A DNA stretch of 64,000 nt from Neocallimastix sp. 'constans' (GCA_050613775.1 JBODTK010000135.1:1-64000), one strand, 5' to 3'. Counted from the stretch's first letter, positions 1 through 14,959 are shown. Program-made: numbers and translations. The notes: a model not told the origin generated them from the letters alone.

Positions 1-150
1 AAAATAAAATAAAATAAAATAAAATAAAATAAAATAAAATAAAATAAAATAAAATAAAATAAAATAAAATAAAATAAAATAAAATAAAATAAATTAAAAT
101 AAAATAAAATAAAATAAAATAAAATAAAATAAAATAAAATAAAATAAATA
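1..150. repeat. (AAAAT)n pentanucleotide microsatellite, running off the window start
   Basis: Near-perfect aaaat units read directly from position 1. Confidence 0.95.
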
Positions 151-445
151 GTAGAATATGAATATAAAGTACAGATTGAATAAAATAAAATAAAATAAAT
201 AGTAGAATATGAATATAAAGTACAGATTGAATAAAATAAAATAAAATAAATAGTAGAATATGAATATAAAGTACAGATTGAATAAAATAAAATAAAATAA
301 ATAGTAGAATATGAATATAAAGTACAGATTGAATAAAATAAAATAAAATAAATAGTAGAATATGAATATAAAGTACAGATTGAATAAAATAAAATAAAAT
401 AATAGTAGAATATTAAATATGAAAAGTACAGATTGAATAAAATAA
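135..445. repeat. 51-bp minisatellite, about 6 copies (last copy diverged)
   Basis: Core gtagaatatgaatataaagtacagattgaat starts at 151, 202, 253, 304 and 355, with a variant at about 405. Confidence 0.93.
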
Positions 446-844
446 AACAAAATAAAAAAAATGAAATAAAATAAATACATATATATTTTTTTTTTTTCAA
501 CTAATGTTAAATGAAAAAAATATATATTCAAAAATAAAATTATTTACTAATCAAAATATAAAAATTACAATAAAAAAGAAAAATAAAAAAATAAAATATA
601 TATATAATTAATTCTTTATAAAGTTTGAATTTGTTAAGAGTTATGAATTTATGGTTTATAATTATGTCAACTTTATTAATATATTTTATGATAAAGAGTT
701 ACTAGCACTTAATTATTCTAAATTAAATGCTTTTATATTAATACATTGTGGCTTATATATTATTTATATTACAATATGTTTCAATACATTTGAAGCTTAT
801 TTTTCATACATTTCACATATTCTAACAGAATTTAATTTATTTAA

Positions 845-1620
845 TAAACATAATAATTTAACTGAAATCCATATTAAAAAAAATTATTTTTTTATCATTT
901 TGATTATTCTTAATTGAAGAATTAATTATAAATTTCAAAATTGATAATTGAAATAAACTTTAATTATAATTTTACCTATTCTGTTATTGTATAAAAAATA
1001 ATTTCTCCAGAAAAAATAAAGGAATAAAAAAATAAATTTATTTACTAGTCAAAATATAAAAATTAATATAAAAAAGAAAAATAAAAAAATAAAATATATA
1101 ATATAATTAATTCTTTATAAAGTTTGGTTTTAATTTATTTAATTAACATAATAATTTAACTGAAATCCATATTAAAAAAATTTTTTTATTTTATCATTTT
1201 ATTCTTAATTGAAGAATTAATTATAAATTTCAAAATTGATAATTGAAATAAACTTTAATTATAATTTTACCTATTCTGTTATTGTATAAAAAATAATTTC
1301 TCCAAAAAAAATAAAGGAATAAAAAAATAAATTTATTTACTAGTCAAAATATAAAAATTATGATAAAAAAGAAAAATAAAAAAATAAAATATATAATTAT
1401 TCTTTATAAAGTTTGGTTTTAATTTATTTAATTAACATAATAATTTAACTGAAATCCATATTAAAAAAATTTTTTTATTTTATCATTTTATTCTTAATTG
1501 AAGAATTAATTATAAATTTCAAAATTGATAATTGAAATAAACTTTAATTATAATTTTACCTATTCTGTTATTGTATAAAAATTAATTTCTCCAGAAAAAA
1601 TAAAGGAATAAAAAAAAAGT
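845..1620. repeat. About 290-bp tandem duplication, about 2.7 copies, plus a partial copy at about 540-627
   Basis: aacataataatttaactgaaatccatatt at about 848, 1146 and 1434; ttttacctattctgttattgtat recurs three times. Confidence 0.88.
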
Positions 1621-2108
1621 TAAACTACATTAAGTTTTTTGGATAATGAAATTAATGTTAATTAAAAAGAAAATATAATTAACTTAATTTTAATTTATAT
1701 TATTTCAACCAATGATTTATCTAGAAAAATTATTTATAATATTAGTTTTTTTTTTTTTTTTTTTTTTTTTATAATGATTAATATAAATTTTTGTTAAATT
1801 AATTATAAATGACAAATAAAAAAATATTTTAAAATTTTAATTATTAGAAAACCTTAATAAAATAAAAGATATTTATTATTAAATTATTACAAATAATATT
1901 ATTATTATTAAAATATAACTTTTTAAAAAAATATTATTTTTAATAATTATAATTTTTAATAATTTTTTAGAAAGTTATGTAGCTTTATCTAATATTTTTT
2001 ATAGTATATTAAAAAGAAAATAAAAAATTAATATAATAAATAGTAAAAAAAAAAGAAAAGAAATAAAATAAAATAATAAAAGATGTTTTATATATTTAAA
2101 ATTTTATT

Positions 2109-5015
2109 ATGATTATTCGAACAATTTCTATATTCCTAATATTATTAATAAAAATAAGTAATTTATATATTATATAATTTAGCAAAAAAAAAATAATAAT
2201 AAAATTAAAATAAAATTAAAATTAAATATTATAATGATATCATTTTTATATGTATACTTATTATTATTTCATTTTAATATTTAAATTGATACAGAAATTA
2301 ATATAGCAATAACAATAAATGCAGTAACAAATGCTTCCAATATTAATGATGTTTATTTGAGATATGTTGAGGAATTCAAAACATTCTCAAAAAAACATAA
2401 TCTAAATATTACATTTAACTTAAATCTTTTAACTAGTGAAAATTTCACTGTTGGAGTGAAAGATTATGAATTTTTCTTAGATAATTTAATTCAAAGAAAG
2501 TCCACAAAATATGATATATATTTCTTTGATAATATTTTTACCTTTAAATATGGACCTTCTTTTGAAAATTTGGAAAAATATATTTCAAAGGAAGAAATGA
2601 ATTTATTTAATTATAATATTATAAAAAATACATGTATGTATAACGGAAATTGGGTAGCATTGGTAATATACAATTATTATTACTAAATAATAAAATAATT
2701 GTTTTAAAAAATTCTTTTACATTCATAAAAGTATATAAATAATTATAAATTGTACTCTAATGAATATAAATAAATATATATAAATCAAGCCTGCTAAAGT
2801 TGATAGTTCATTATTATATTACAATGATAAATATCTAAATAAATACAATAAAACTGTACCTGAAACATGGAATGAATTATTAGAAACAGGAAAATACATT
2901 CTAAATGAAGAACATAATAGATATAATAATACCGATTTTATTGCTTACAATGGAATGCTTTCGTGTAATTATTAGATTCATTTACAAATTAAATTTAAAT
3001 AAATAAATATTTAAATTGTGTAGATACATTTAATTAATATTTTAATATAATGATATATATATAGATATATATGTATAATTAATAAGTTATAATTAATTAA
3101 TAATTAATAAAATAATTTTTATTTTTTATAAAATTTCTTTTAGATGAAGAAATGGGTATGTGCTCTCTTTACGAATTTATATATTCTTTTAGAGATTATT
3201 CTGAATCACCATTTCCGGATATACATAGTTCCGAATTTAAAGAATCTATTAAAATGATAAAAAAAATTAAAAATGAAATTTCTTCAGGTAATACAACTAT
3301 TAAAGTCCTATTTATTTTTTAAACAATATATAAAAAAAAATATTTATTTTATTTTATTATATTTTAAATTTTTAATTATAATATAAAAAATTTATCATTT
3401 ATATATATATATATATATTATTAATATTATCTTATATTTATATATGTTCAAATATTTTAAAAACTTTAATAAAGATAAGGTTTTTCAAGCTCCAGGAGGA
3501 TATACAGAAGTGTTATTTAAAAATGGGAATTTTTTATTTCAAAAATTTTGGTATGTTCCCTGGTTAAATTATAATTTTACTTTACTTCCTGGTAAAAAAA
3601 AGGGAATTTCTGGATCTACTCTTGGAGGATATAATGTAAGTATAAATAAATTTATTAATGAAGAAAGAAAAAAAGCAGCAGCTACTGTGTTGAGGTTTAT
3701 AGGGTCTTTAGAAATGCAAAAAAAAATAATAAATGAATATGAATTTTTAACATCTATCTCAAGTCTCTATGAAGATAAAGATGTTTGCAGCCATATGAAT
3801 TGTGAATTGTTAAGGAATATTCAATTTGTTGCAAGACCAACTGTGAATTCATCAGATTACAGTAAATATTCAGAGCAATTTAGAAATGCTGTTTTTAAAT
3901 ATATTTATGGAGATGATGATGATTTATCTACAGTAATAAATGAAATAGAACACTTAACAAAACCATATTATATTACTATTAATCCCAAAATGAATTTATG
4001 CTTATTTATTATTACCATTCTTACATTTTTGTCTTCGATCCTAATGATTTTTTCATTAATATTTCTTTTTAAGGAAAAATTTAAGGCCAATTTAAAATTC
4101 TTACCGACTGATTTTTGGATACTTTCAATAATTGGAGCAGTATTAATTATGAATTCCTTTTATTTGAATATTGGGAAAATAAATATTTTAAAATGCTTTA
4201 TTAAATCATTGATATTAATAATTGGATTTGATTTCAATATGATTCCTATTTTATATAAATTGTTGGTAAATTTTCCAATTGAAAATAAATATTCAAAATG
4301 GATAGCTAAAAATAAACTTATCTTTTTTTCATTATTTATCATATATGATATAATCATTATTGGTATTACTTTAATTTCATCTTCATTATATATTAATAGA
4401 ATTTTAACAAAGGACGGTGTACCATTTGATATATGTAAATTAGGACTCATTGGATATCATTTAATTCTATTGACCCTAATTTTAAAAGGATTAATTTCTT
4501 TCATTATGATAATATTTGTGTTCCTTGAATGGCATCTTGAACAAACAATAAATGATATAAAATTCACTTTATCTGCAATTACAGTAGATATTCTCTGTTT
4601 TATTATTATATTCATCATGATATTTACAAATTTCAAATATAATTATTATATTGTTTATCAAAAAATATTATCAATTATTCTCTATATATTTTCTTTTTCA
4701 AATTATATTTTCCTGTATCTAATAAAAATTATTAAGCTTTACATAAAAAATGATAATTATTACGTCAGGAATAACGTTAATGAATACTATAAAACAAATG
4801 GTCAAAATGATACAGAAAATTCAACAAATATAATAGAAACAATAGAAACAGATTCCAATATTGAAAATTATTACAATAATAGAGTAGCAAGATCATCTTT
4901 TGATAGTGCAATTCAAAGAATGATAAAATGTCATTATCAAAGTAAAATAGAAAATCATGAGGGACCAACAAGTAAATTTCAAGCACCTCGTAATAATACA
5001 TTTTACTCGAATTAA
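2109..5015 (+). CDS. Receptor: signal peptide + bacterial-type extracellular solute (sugar)-binding domain + class-C-like 7TM domain, about 758 aa. Exons 2109-2157, 2295-2662, 2790-2964, 3144-3287, 3475-5015
   Basis: Four GT-AG introns join in frame (2277 nt). N-terminus MIIRTISIFLILLIKI is hydrophobic. SBP signature ALPAKVDSSLLYYNDKYLNKYNKTVPETWNELL and GSTLGGYNVSINK. About seven hydrophobic segments lie in the last exon. The exon 2 acceptor could alternatively be 2307 (same phase). Confidence 0.88.
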
Positions 5016-6237
5016 TATATATATATATATATATTTTATAGAATAATATTAAAATTCAAATAATTATAATACATATATATGTATATATATATAATTTATT
5101 AATATTTCAAATTTAACAAAGGAATATATTTATATTTATTATATTTATACCTTTGTTAAATTTGAAATATTGATTGTAAAATTATAATGAAACAATGTAA
5201 TGATTTAATTTATAATATATAAATATATATTTATATGTTAATTTTTTTAATTCTTTTTTGATTATTATATTTTTGTAATAAATATAAAAATATAGAAATA
5301 TTAAATAAATTATTTAAAATATTAAAACTTTTACATGTTTAATTTTAAATTTATTTTTCTAAAATTATATATAGTACAATATTTATATATTTATTGTAAA
5401 TATAATTTTATTTACTATAATATCTAGTGAATTAATATAAATTATATTTCAAAATATTTATAGTTTTTAATAATTGTACATTTATATACACAATTTATGT
5501 TTACAATAATTATAATTAAATACTCCTATATAGAAATAAATTTTCTATATTACATCATTTTTACATTTTTTTATTTTTTATCAAGCTGTTATTTTAAAAA
5601 GTTCATTTACTAATAGTTGTCCATTATATTGTAGGAATTACTATATAATAGCAATAAATCTATATTTCAATTTCAATTCATGCTAAATATTTATTAAGAA
5701 ATAAATTGAAAAGTAACAGAAGTTGTTGAATTAAATAACAAAAATAATAAAAGCATCAATATATATATGACAAATAAATATAATATATAAAAGGAAATAA
5801 TTATTTTATTAATTTGTTTTTTTTTTTAGTATATATTTTGGTTCATGTTATCTGTGATAAATAATGTTCAAATTAATTTATTGTTTATATTTTATCATGC
5901 ATTCCTTTAGTAAAATACAGTATCTATAAATATTTACTATTAAATATATTTTCACGAATAACCATGTATGGTAATATATGGTAACCTTAACCTTTCAAAA
6001 ACTAAAATTTTATAAGTTTAATATTATAATTAAAAAGTATTTACATATAACTCGGAATATAATACTATAGTATAAAATGAAATGATTTTTTGCACAATAC
6101 TAATAATAAATACCATAAAATATAAATATCCATATAATACAGTTGCCAATAATAGGTGGCAAGTGTTATTAGAAATGACTTTAAACATAGTTAAATAGGC
6201 TTATTACAAACAATAAAACATCTCTTACGATTACTAA

Positions 6238-6800
6238 ATGTTTACAATTCAAAATATTTTAGAAGTATTTCTGTTTATTATTCTTTATTTCCATTTTGTC
6301 AATACACAACCCACTATGAGCAAAGAGGACTTATTGAAAATCAAGAACAAATATTACGTTAGCCTCTATTGTAAAAATGATATTGGCGTTGAAACGGATT
6401 TCATCTACGAAGAAGAAACTGTCGATATTCCAGATGAGCACCTGTGACGACAAATAAATACAACATTACAATTGCCACGGCATAGAGTGCGACTTCGAGT
6501 CCGATTGCTTGTCCAATAAATGTATAAATAAGCATTATATATATAATGAAAAGGAACCGATAACTCACTTCGATGACATTTATATGCCTCCTAAATTTAT
6601 TATAAAGGTGAGTTCTTATATATATAGCAGTAAAACATGAGGATGTCAATGCGAATGTAACGATGTAAATTCTTCCAAAAATAGTAACGACAATTGTACA
6701 CTACTACTTTTTGGGCCTCCTTGTTTTGAAGGCAGCACAAATAATACCCCTATATCCAGTATTTATTAATATTAATATTATTTGGTCTTATTTAATTTTT
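6238..6800 (+). pseudogene. Decayed Cys-rich secreted/surface protein gene
   Basis: The signal-peptide ORF MFTIQNILEVFLFIILYFHFVNT...YCKND stops at 6447. Coding continues in a shifted frame from about 6470 (NCHGIECDFESDCLSNKCINKH...PITHFDDIY...KT*GCQCECND), with another in-frame stop. Confidence 0.65.
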
Positions 6801-9558
6801 TTTTTTATTTAAAAAAAATATTATGGATTTCAATAATTTTATATTATTTTATATTATTATTATTTCTAATTATTACATCTTTACTATTTAACATTTATTC
6901 AATTTAATTTTTATATAAATATATTTTCAATTAGTAAAATATATATTTTTTTTGTCCAATCACTATTTTATTATTAATATATATTATTTAGATACAATTT
7001 CTTATTTATATATATATATATCATTATATGTTTAATCTTTAACTTTATATATTTAAATTATACATAATATGGATATTTTATTAAAATATAATTAATTTAA
7101 TAATTTATATTTATTTATTATCAATACATTTAATACTTACTTTTATTCATACCATAAATATTTATTTATTTACTTTATTCGTATTTCATGTTCATTTATT
7201 TATTTAGTTTATTTATTAATATTTTAGTTCTTTATACTGTTTCATTATTTATTTTATTTTTTTAAAGTTTGTAATTTTCGTTTATATTTATGTTTAATAA
7301 TTATTTCAAAAGAATAATAATATTTCTAAATATAATAAGAAAAATTTTATTATTTTTGAATAATTTGGTTTTTGTAATCTTGAAATATGTAATATTATTT
7401 AATTTTCTATATTTCTAGAAGAGAAATCTGTATAAGAAAAAAATTAAATAATAAATTTAAATACATAACCTTTTTTGGAGTTTAAAAATTCACATTTTTC
7501 AGTAATTATTATTTCATATTTTAGCTATGAATTGTTTCATTTCTGTATTTGTGATAAAAGTTTTAATTTCTTTTCTAATCTATATATATTTATATATATA
7601 TATATTTCAGAGCTTATATATAAATATATATTTACATATTTTTTTTTTATTTTTATTTTTTTTAATAAATGTTTCAAACAACCTTGATAATTCATAGTAG
7701 AGTTCATCAAGAGTATCCTTTTTTCTTTAATTTTATTTAATTTATTTATTAATGATATTTTAGATAACTATGATAAACATTGTGTATGTATTGAAAAAGA
7801 AATAAAAGTTTTTAAGATTTATTTGCTAATAATACTACGTTTTTTCTTATGAAGTGAAAACGAAGCAGTAATTAATCGCTTTTTACAACAAATGGATTTT
7901 GCATTGTTTGATTTTTTATATTTGTTACATACAGAGCAAATATGCGTGATTTCTTTGAAGAAAGTATTTGAAAACAAAGGACGTAAAATTCTTTGATAAA
8001 GAAGTATTCTTTCTAAATATCCTAGACATTCCATAATTTGCTAACATTGTTTACAAGGTAATTGTGGTTCCAATGTATATGCGGTTTTTTATCCACTAAT
8101 TCATATTTTTCAGATATTAAGACAGAATTATTTTCCAAATCACTATTGTCATATAGTTCAAACTTAAGATACAATTTTTTTTTCTATAATTTAAATTTAT
8201 TTTGATTTAGAAAAAATATTAAAAGAAAATCATTCTATTAAATTATCTTTAATGACTCTAGTAGTTATATCAAGATGATAAATAAGCTCATCCGAAATAT
8301 CAATAGACTCAATACTTATTATACGAGTATAGCCGTACCGAAAAAACGACAAAAAACACGTATGTATTGCTAAAATAAAGTGAAATAGCATTGTAGCTTC
8401 TTATAATTTTCAAATGTTTAAATTGTAATATGGTATTAAATATTGGCATGTTGTTCAAATATTTAAATACAACAAAATTGTATTTTAACACTCAGATATT
8501 AATTGTTAATAATATAATTTAAATCACTTTATTTTTATACTATAGTATTATATTTTAACATAATATATTTATATTTTAAATCTAATTCTATACTCATATA
8601 TTTAAGTTTGTAAATTAATATACAATTTTACTATTGAAAATATACACAATAAAATATTTATAGATATTATATATTACAATAAATTAATATAAATATAAAG
8701 AATAAGTTAATTTTTATATTATTTATCATAGATAACATAAATCAATATAAACTAAAATAAAAATAAACATGAATTTATATATATATATGTTATTTACTTT
8801 CTATATATAAATAAATTTATATATATTTTTGCGCTTATTTATTTTTTGCTACATAAATTAATGAACTTCTATTGCTTGTTCATTATTTCTAGCTATTTAA
8901 CATAAACTGATATTCAAATATAAAATATTGTATTATTTATTATAAGTAAACAACAATTGATTTTGTTTTTCAGTGTTTATTTAATGATAAATATGTTTAT
9001 GTTATGTTTAATTATAATAAACGTTCTATTTCTTAAATTCATTCTTCATTTTTAATGGAATTGAAAATAATATCTTAATCGCAATTACTAATATATTTTT
9101 TATTTATATCATTTCCAATATAAATAAATTATGAAACATATTTGTATTAACATAAATAATAAATCAAATATTTAATTCACATAAATAATACAAATAAAAT
9201 TATTTATATTATAAAATTTTATTATGATATATTATTTATTTTATTTTTATTTTTATTTATTATATTTTTTATTTATTATATTTTTTATTTATTATATTTT
9301 TTATTTATTATATTTTTTATTTATTATTTTTTTATTTATTTTAATATTTATTTATTTTTTTTTTTATTTTTATTTTTGATAATATTTTTCTTATTTTATT
9401 TTTGATAATAGTTAATTAAATTCTTATTTTCCTTTAACATTATATTATTAATATTGTTCTTTTAATTATTAAAAGTATTTTTTTTTAATTATCTATATAA
9501 TAAAAACCTATATAATGATAATAATATATTTATTAAAAATATAATATAAGTAAATTAA

Positions 9559-11214
9559 TTAAAATTGGGTAATGAAATTCCATGTGGTTTCTGGAACCCA
9601 AGACTTATTTGAACCTGGATCTTTGTGATCCCAAATATGACCACCAGACTGAGTACACCAACGGACTGGAAAACGAGGATCGACGGTCTTATAATCATAA
9701 CATTTATGGGGACTGTTTCGAGGAGCTTCCTCAGCTTTTTCGTTAACAGCCTTACCACCTTCAGAATTGTGTTCAAGAATGATATCACGAGCATGACGAC
9801 CCATTTCTGGAGTACAGAGACCATCATCAAGACCAAGAACACCCATCCAAGCTATGGGTTCACCAGTATGTTTTGGAAGCCAGATATTACGTTCAGCAGT
9901 TTCATAGACAGCAACACCACGAAGAACCTTTTGATGATTCCAGGAAAGACCATTAGAGAACATAGAACCGTAACTGAAACCGGTAGAAAAGACACGAGAT
10001 TCATCAATACAGAATTCATTCTTTAATTTATCAAGAAGTTGGTCAAATAATTGATAATCACCTTGACCCCATGGAGCTTGGTTACCATTGCCTTCTGGGG
10101 CTACAAAAATAGAAGTTTTTCCAGTATCTAATGGTTTTAAACCATAGTAACCTTCTTGTTGAACACCACCAGCCCAACCACCCATACAATGCATACCAAA
10201 AATTAAACGGTATGGATTGTTATTATTATAGTTGTCTGGAACATCAATACGAACAGTACGTTTACCACCAGACCATTGGAAATCGAAAGAGCCAGTTTTT
10301 GGGAGACTTGAGTTCTTTCCACAACCCTTAGATGGAACTGGTTTATTTTTAAGGCCATAACCAAAACTATAAGTTTGTTCATTATTGTTTTCATCTTGTT
10401 TTGGTTGTTGTTGTTGTTGACCTTGACCTTGTTGTGGTTGTTGTTGTTGTGGTTTATCTTTAATTTCACACCATTCGTTATTTTCAATACCCCATTTACC
10501 AGATTCATCCGTATAGATAACAGTAGTAGTAGTTTTACAACACTCATAACCAAGAGCACAACAGTTACCATTACTGATAATACCACACCACTGGTTATTT
10601 TCTATACCCCATTCACCACTTTCATCTTTGAAGGCAGATGGTTGGCAAGATGAACAACATTCATAACCTAAAGCTTTAGCCCAGCATTCAGAAGTAGCTG
10701 AATCTCCAGATGCATTTTCAAAAATCCAACTTTGATTATCCTTACTTTCATTTTTCCATTGAATTACGTTGGCACCATCAGATTTACTTCCATTTTCAAC
10801 ATCAAGAGCCTTTTCACCATTACTAACTTTGGTTCCGATAGTATAAACATTAGAGAATGAAGTAGTCATAATAATAAATTGTTGAGCATTACCACCATAA
10901 GCATCATAAATTTGAATATTAGCACCGTTTTTATCTTCTCCATTAGCAACATCAACATTAAAATTACCGAGAGCTGAAGTTAGAGTAACATAACCATCAC
11001 CAACATTAGTTAGCTTCCATTTTTGACCATCAGATTTACGACTAGAACCAATTTCAATATTTGAAGCAGCTCTAGAATTTTCATTACTTACCTGAAGGTA
11101 TTTTCCAGAACTTGAATTTTTAATAAAATACCATCCATCTTTTATATTAGCAACACCAGCACTAACAAAAGTAGTTACCGCAAAAGTAACTAGAGTGAAT
11201 AAGAATTTATTCAT
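9559..11214 (-). CDS. Secreted cellulosomal esterase: ricin-B/CBM13 lectin + two fungal dockerin (CBM10-like) domains + Gln-rich linker + CE1-like feruloyl esterase/PHB-depolymerase-type alpha/beta hydrolase, about 551 aa
   Basis: Signal peptide MNKFLFTLVTFAVTTFVSA (ATG at 11214). QKW/QQF/QSW ricin repeats. CWAKALGYECC...WGIENNQWC and CALGYECC...WGIENNEWC dockerins. Nucleophile elbow GFSYG in CIDESRVFSTGFSYG, with candidate Asp (GLDD) and His (GGH). Intronless. Confidence 0.92.
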   Translation of the reverse strand: MNKFLFTLVTFAVTTFVSAGVANIKDGWYFIKNSSSGKYLQVSNENSRAASNIEIGSSRKSDGQKWKLTNVGDGYVTLTSALGNFNVDVANGEDKNGANIQIYDAYGGNAQQFIIMTTSFSNVYTIGTKVSNGEKALDVENGSKSDGANVIQWKNESKDNQSWIFENASGDSATSECWAKALGYECCSSCQPSAFKDESGEWGIENNQWCGIISNGNCCALGYECCKTTTTVIYTDESGKWGIENNEWCEIKDKPQQQQPQQGQGQQQQQPKQDENNNEQTYSFGYGLKNKPVPSKGCGKNSSLPKTGSFDFQWSGGKRTVRIDVPDNYNNNNPYRLIFGMHCMGGWAGGVQQEGYYGLKPLDTGKTSIFVAPEGNGNQAPWGQGDYQLFDQLLDKLKNEFCIDESRVFSTGFSYGSMFSNGLSWNHQKVLRGVAVYETAERNIWLPKHTGEPIAWMGVLGLDDGLCTPEMGRHARDIILEHNSEGGKAVNEKAEEAPRNSPHKCYDYKTVDPRFPVRWCTQSGGHIWDHKDPGSNKSWVPETTWNFITQF

Positions 11215-12339
11215 TGTATTTTTTTCTATAAAATGAAACAATTTTTTTTTCTATATATTTCTTTATTAATTTAATTACTTTTAAATATAGGGTATATAAC
11301 GTATATTATGATTATTGACTTTATTGACTATAATAATAATATATATTATTTTTAATAAATTTTTTTTTTTAATAAGTATTTTTTTTTTTTTTTTTTTTTT
11401 TTTAATAAATATATATATATTTTTTAATAAAAAAAACTTTTTTTTTATATTCAATAAATTAACTATTGATATAAATTTAAAAATAATACAAAAAGTAATA
11501 TTGAAATTATATTAATTATATTTACTTTTTTTAATGATTGATAATACATAAAATTATATTTTATGTTATTATTAAAAAAATTTTATTATTTAATATTTTA
11601 ATGAAATATAAAATTTGAAGAATTTTTATGATTTTTGAATTGCATTATTAAATATAATTAAAGCTTAATTTTAATATTCAAATTTAAAGTTAGTTAATTA
11701 TTATTATTATTAATTATTAATTATTATACTATTTCATTACTTTAAACATGGTATTTATTGGTTAAATCAAATTTTAAATTAAAAAAAGAAAAAAATAAGA
11801 AAAAAAAAAAAAAAAAATGAAAATTTCCCAAAAATAAATATATAATAAAAAAAAAAAAAAAAAAAAAATGAAAAATGAAAATTTCCCAAAAATAAAAAAA
11901 TAAATAATAAAAAAAATTATAAAAAAAACGTATAATAATAATAATGTAATGATATTAAAAGTTTTAATTTTATAACATCATATATAAAAATTTTTTTTTT
12001 ATAATTATTAATCATTAATCAATTAATTGATTATTATAGTTATTATAATTAAAGTAAATTTTATATATTTATATTTTTATTTTTTATATTTTAAAGTTTA
12101 ATATTTAAATGAATGTGATAATTTAAATTAATACTAAATAAGATTATCTAATCATCTTTCTGAAAATAGTCTTTTTATATTTTTTAATATTTATATGTAT
12201 CTATCTATTTTCATTTTTACAAAATATTATATTTAATGATTCTAATTCTCAATTGTTGATATTGTTTATATGATTATAAATCATGGAAGTGAAAAATTAA
12301 TAAATAATATAATTTTTATACTTATTACTTAATATTAAA

Positions 12340-12370
<31 letters not shown>

Positions 12371-13005
12371 TAAACAGTATCTAAAATACTATATTTATAT
12401 TTAAATAGTACATTTTATGTAAAATATATTATTGAATAAATAAAAAGTATTAAATTTTAGAGAAATTTTCAATATATATAATTTAATTATCAATTCACAT
12501 AATCTTTTTTTTTTTTTTAATAATTGTATATTTTGAAAATTTAATTAAATTTTACCTTATATAAAATTATAACAATGCATAATAAAATTATTTTGAAAAA
12601 TTAACATATTTATTTAATAGGTTTGTTTTATACAAATATTTATTATAATAATTACTCTAAATATTTTTAAACATAATTCTTTACATTATACATTATGAAA
12701 AGATTTTTTAAATTATTTTTATATTTTATTTGTATTAAACTTAATTATTTATTTTATTATATTATAATATAGAATAAAATATAAAATATTATACATTTTA
12801 AAACAGAAAAGGTAATTACCCATTTAATAAAAACTTTACAATTTTTAAATTTGTTTTATTTTATTTTAAATATAGTTATTAAACATAAATAATATATAAT
12901 TAAATATAAATAGTATAAAAAAATTTTTTTTTTACAAAAAAACTTTAAATAATTTAATAAGATAAATTAATGTATTTAATATGATTATATTTAAATGTAT
13001 ATAAT

Positions 13006-13890
<885 letters not shown>

Positions 13891-14041
13891 TATTTTTTTT
13901 AAAAAAATTTAAAAATATATTTGTTTAATTAAATATTTAATTTATATAATTTTTATGAATTATTTAACAATTGTATAAAATTTGAATTTAGCTTAAAAAT
14001 TTAAATTTAAAAGAACAAAAAAGTCATGAAAAGAAATTTAC

Positions 14042-14053
14042 AGATATTTATAT
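14042..14053 (-). promoter_or_regulatory. Candidate TATA box (ATATAAATATCT on the minus strand), conserved upstream of all five full-length BTB copies
   Basis: agatatttatat at 14042, 17995, 21129, 25309 and 29307, each about 145-230 bp upstream of the ATG and preceded by gaaat(t/g)t. Confidence 0.55.
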
Positions 14054-14444
14054 GTGTTTTTTTGAAAGTCAAAAAATTAATAATTTTAAGTTATAAATCT
14101 TTCATTTGTTAAAAAAATTAAATAACAATTTTAATTTTTAATTTTTAAAAAATTGTTTACATAGACATATAAATATTAATATTTATTTTAATATAAATTA
14201 TTCTATCTATAAATTTGAGTAAATAAAAATTATTAATGATTTATATTAAATTTTATTTATAATTTTTTATTATATATAAATATTTTTAATATTATTATAC
14301 ACTTTAAAAAAAAGACTGATTTATTTTAAAAAAAAAAAAAAAAATATTATAAAATTTTTATTATTTTTTTAAATTTTTATTATTTTTTTTAATTTTTATT
14401 ATTTTTTTTAATTTTTATTATTATTATTATTAATATTATTATTA

Positions 14445-14512
<68 letters not shown>

Positions 14513-14911
14513 TTCAAGATAAATTAATACTATATATATATTCATATAATCTAGTGAATTATTAATAAAATTTCCATTTAATATATTAAAAATTAAAAAA
14601 TAAAAAAATTTAAATAAATAATAATTAATAATATAAGTGAATAGTTATATTAAAAAATAATCAATTAACATATTGTATGATTAGCATTTCTATTTATTTA
14701 AAAATTAAAATTATTTATTAATATCATAAATCTTCTTATTTTTTTATAATGAAATCTTATTAAAATTCTTTAAAAACTTTTTATTTTGATTAGGATTTTA
14801 AGTTGTTCAATTTATTATTTTTTTTTTTAAAAAAAAAAAAAAAATTCCGTATTAATAATTAATTTAATGTATTCTTAAAACTTTATATGTTATTAAAAAA
14901 TAAAATAAATT

Positions 14912-14959
<48 letters not shown>

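Noticed and set aside
1..150. Telomere
   Set aside because: AAAAT has no G-rich strand, and similar tracts occur internally.
135..445. 51-bp periodic array as a CRISPR array
   Set aside because: Units are identical with no unique spacers, there are no cas genes, and the context is eukaryotic; it is a minisatellite.
94..531. 145-aa F/Y/I/L-rich ORF
   Set aside because: Translation of the AAAAT and 51-bp repeats.
3444..3474. ATG at 3444 as the receptor start
   Set aside because: It lies inside intron 4; the acceptor at 3473-3474 joins upstream SBP exons in frame.
9555..10653. Overlapping and antisense ORFs within the esterase gene
   Set aside because: Shadow frames of a real CDS with no independent motifs.
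11215..11241. ORF-track start at 11241 for the esterase
   Set aside because: The ATG at 11214 directly begins a typical signal peptide.
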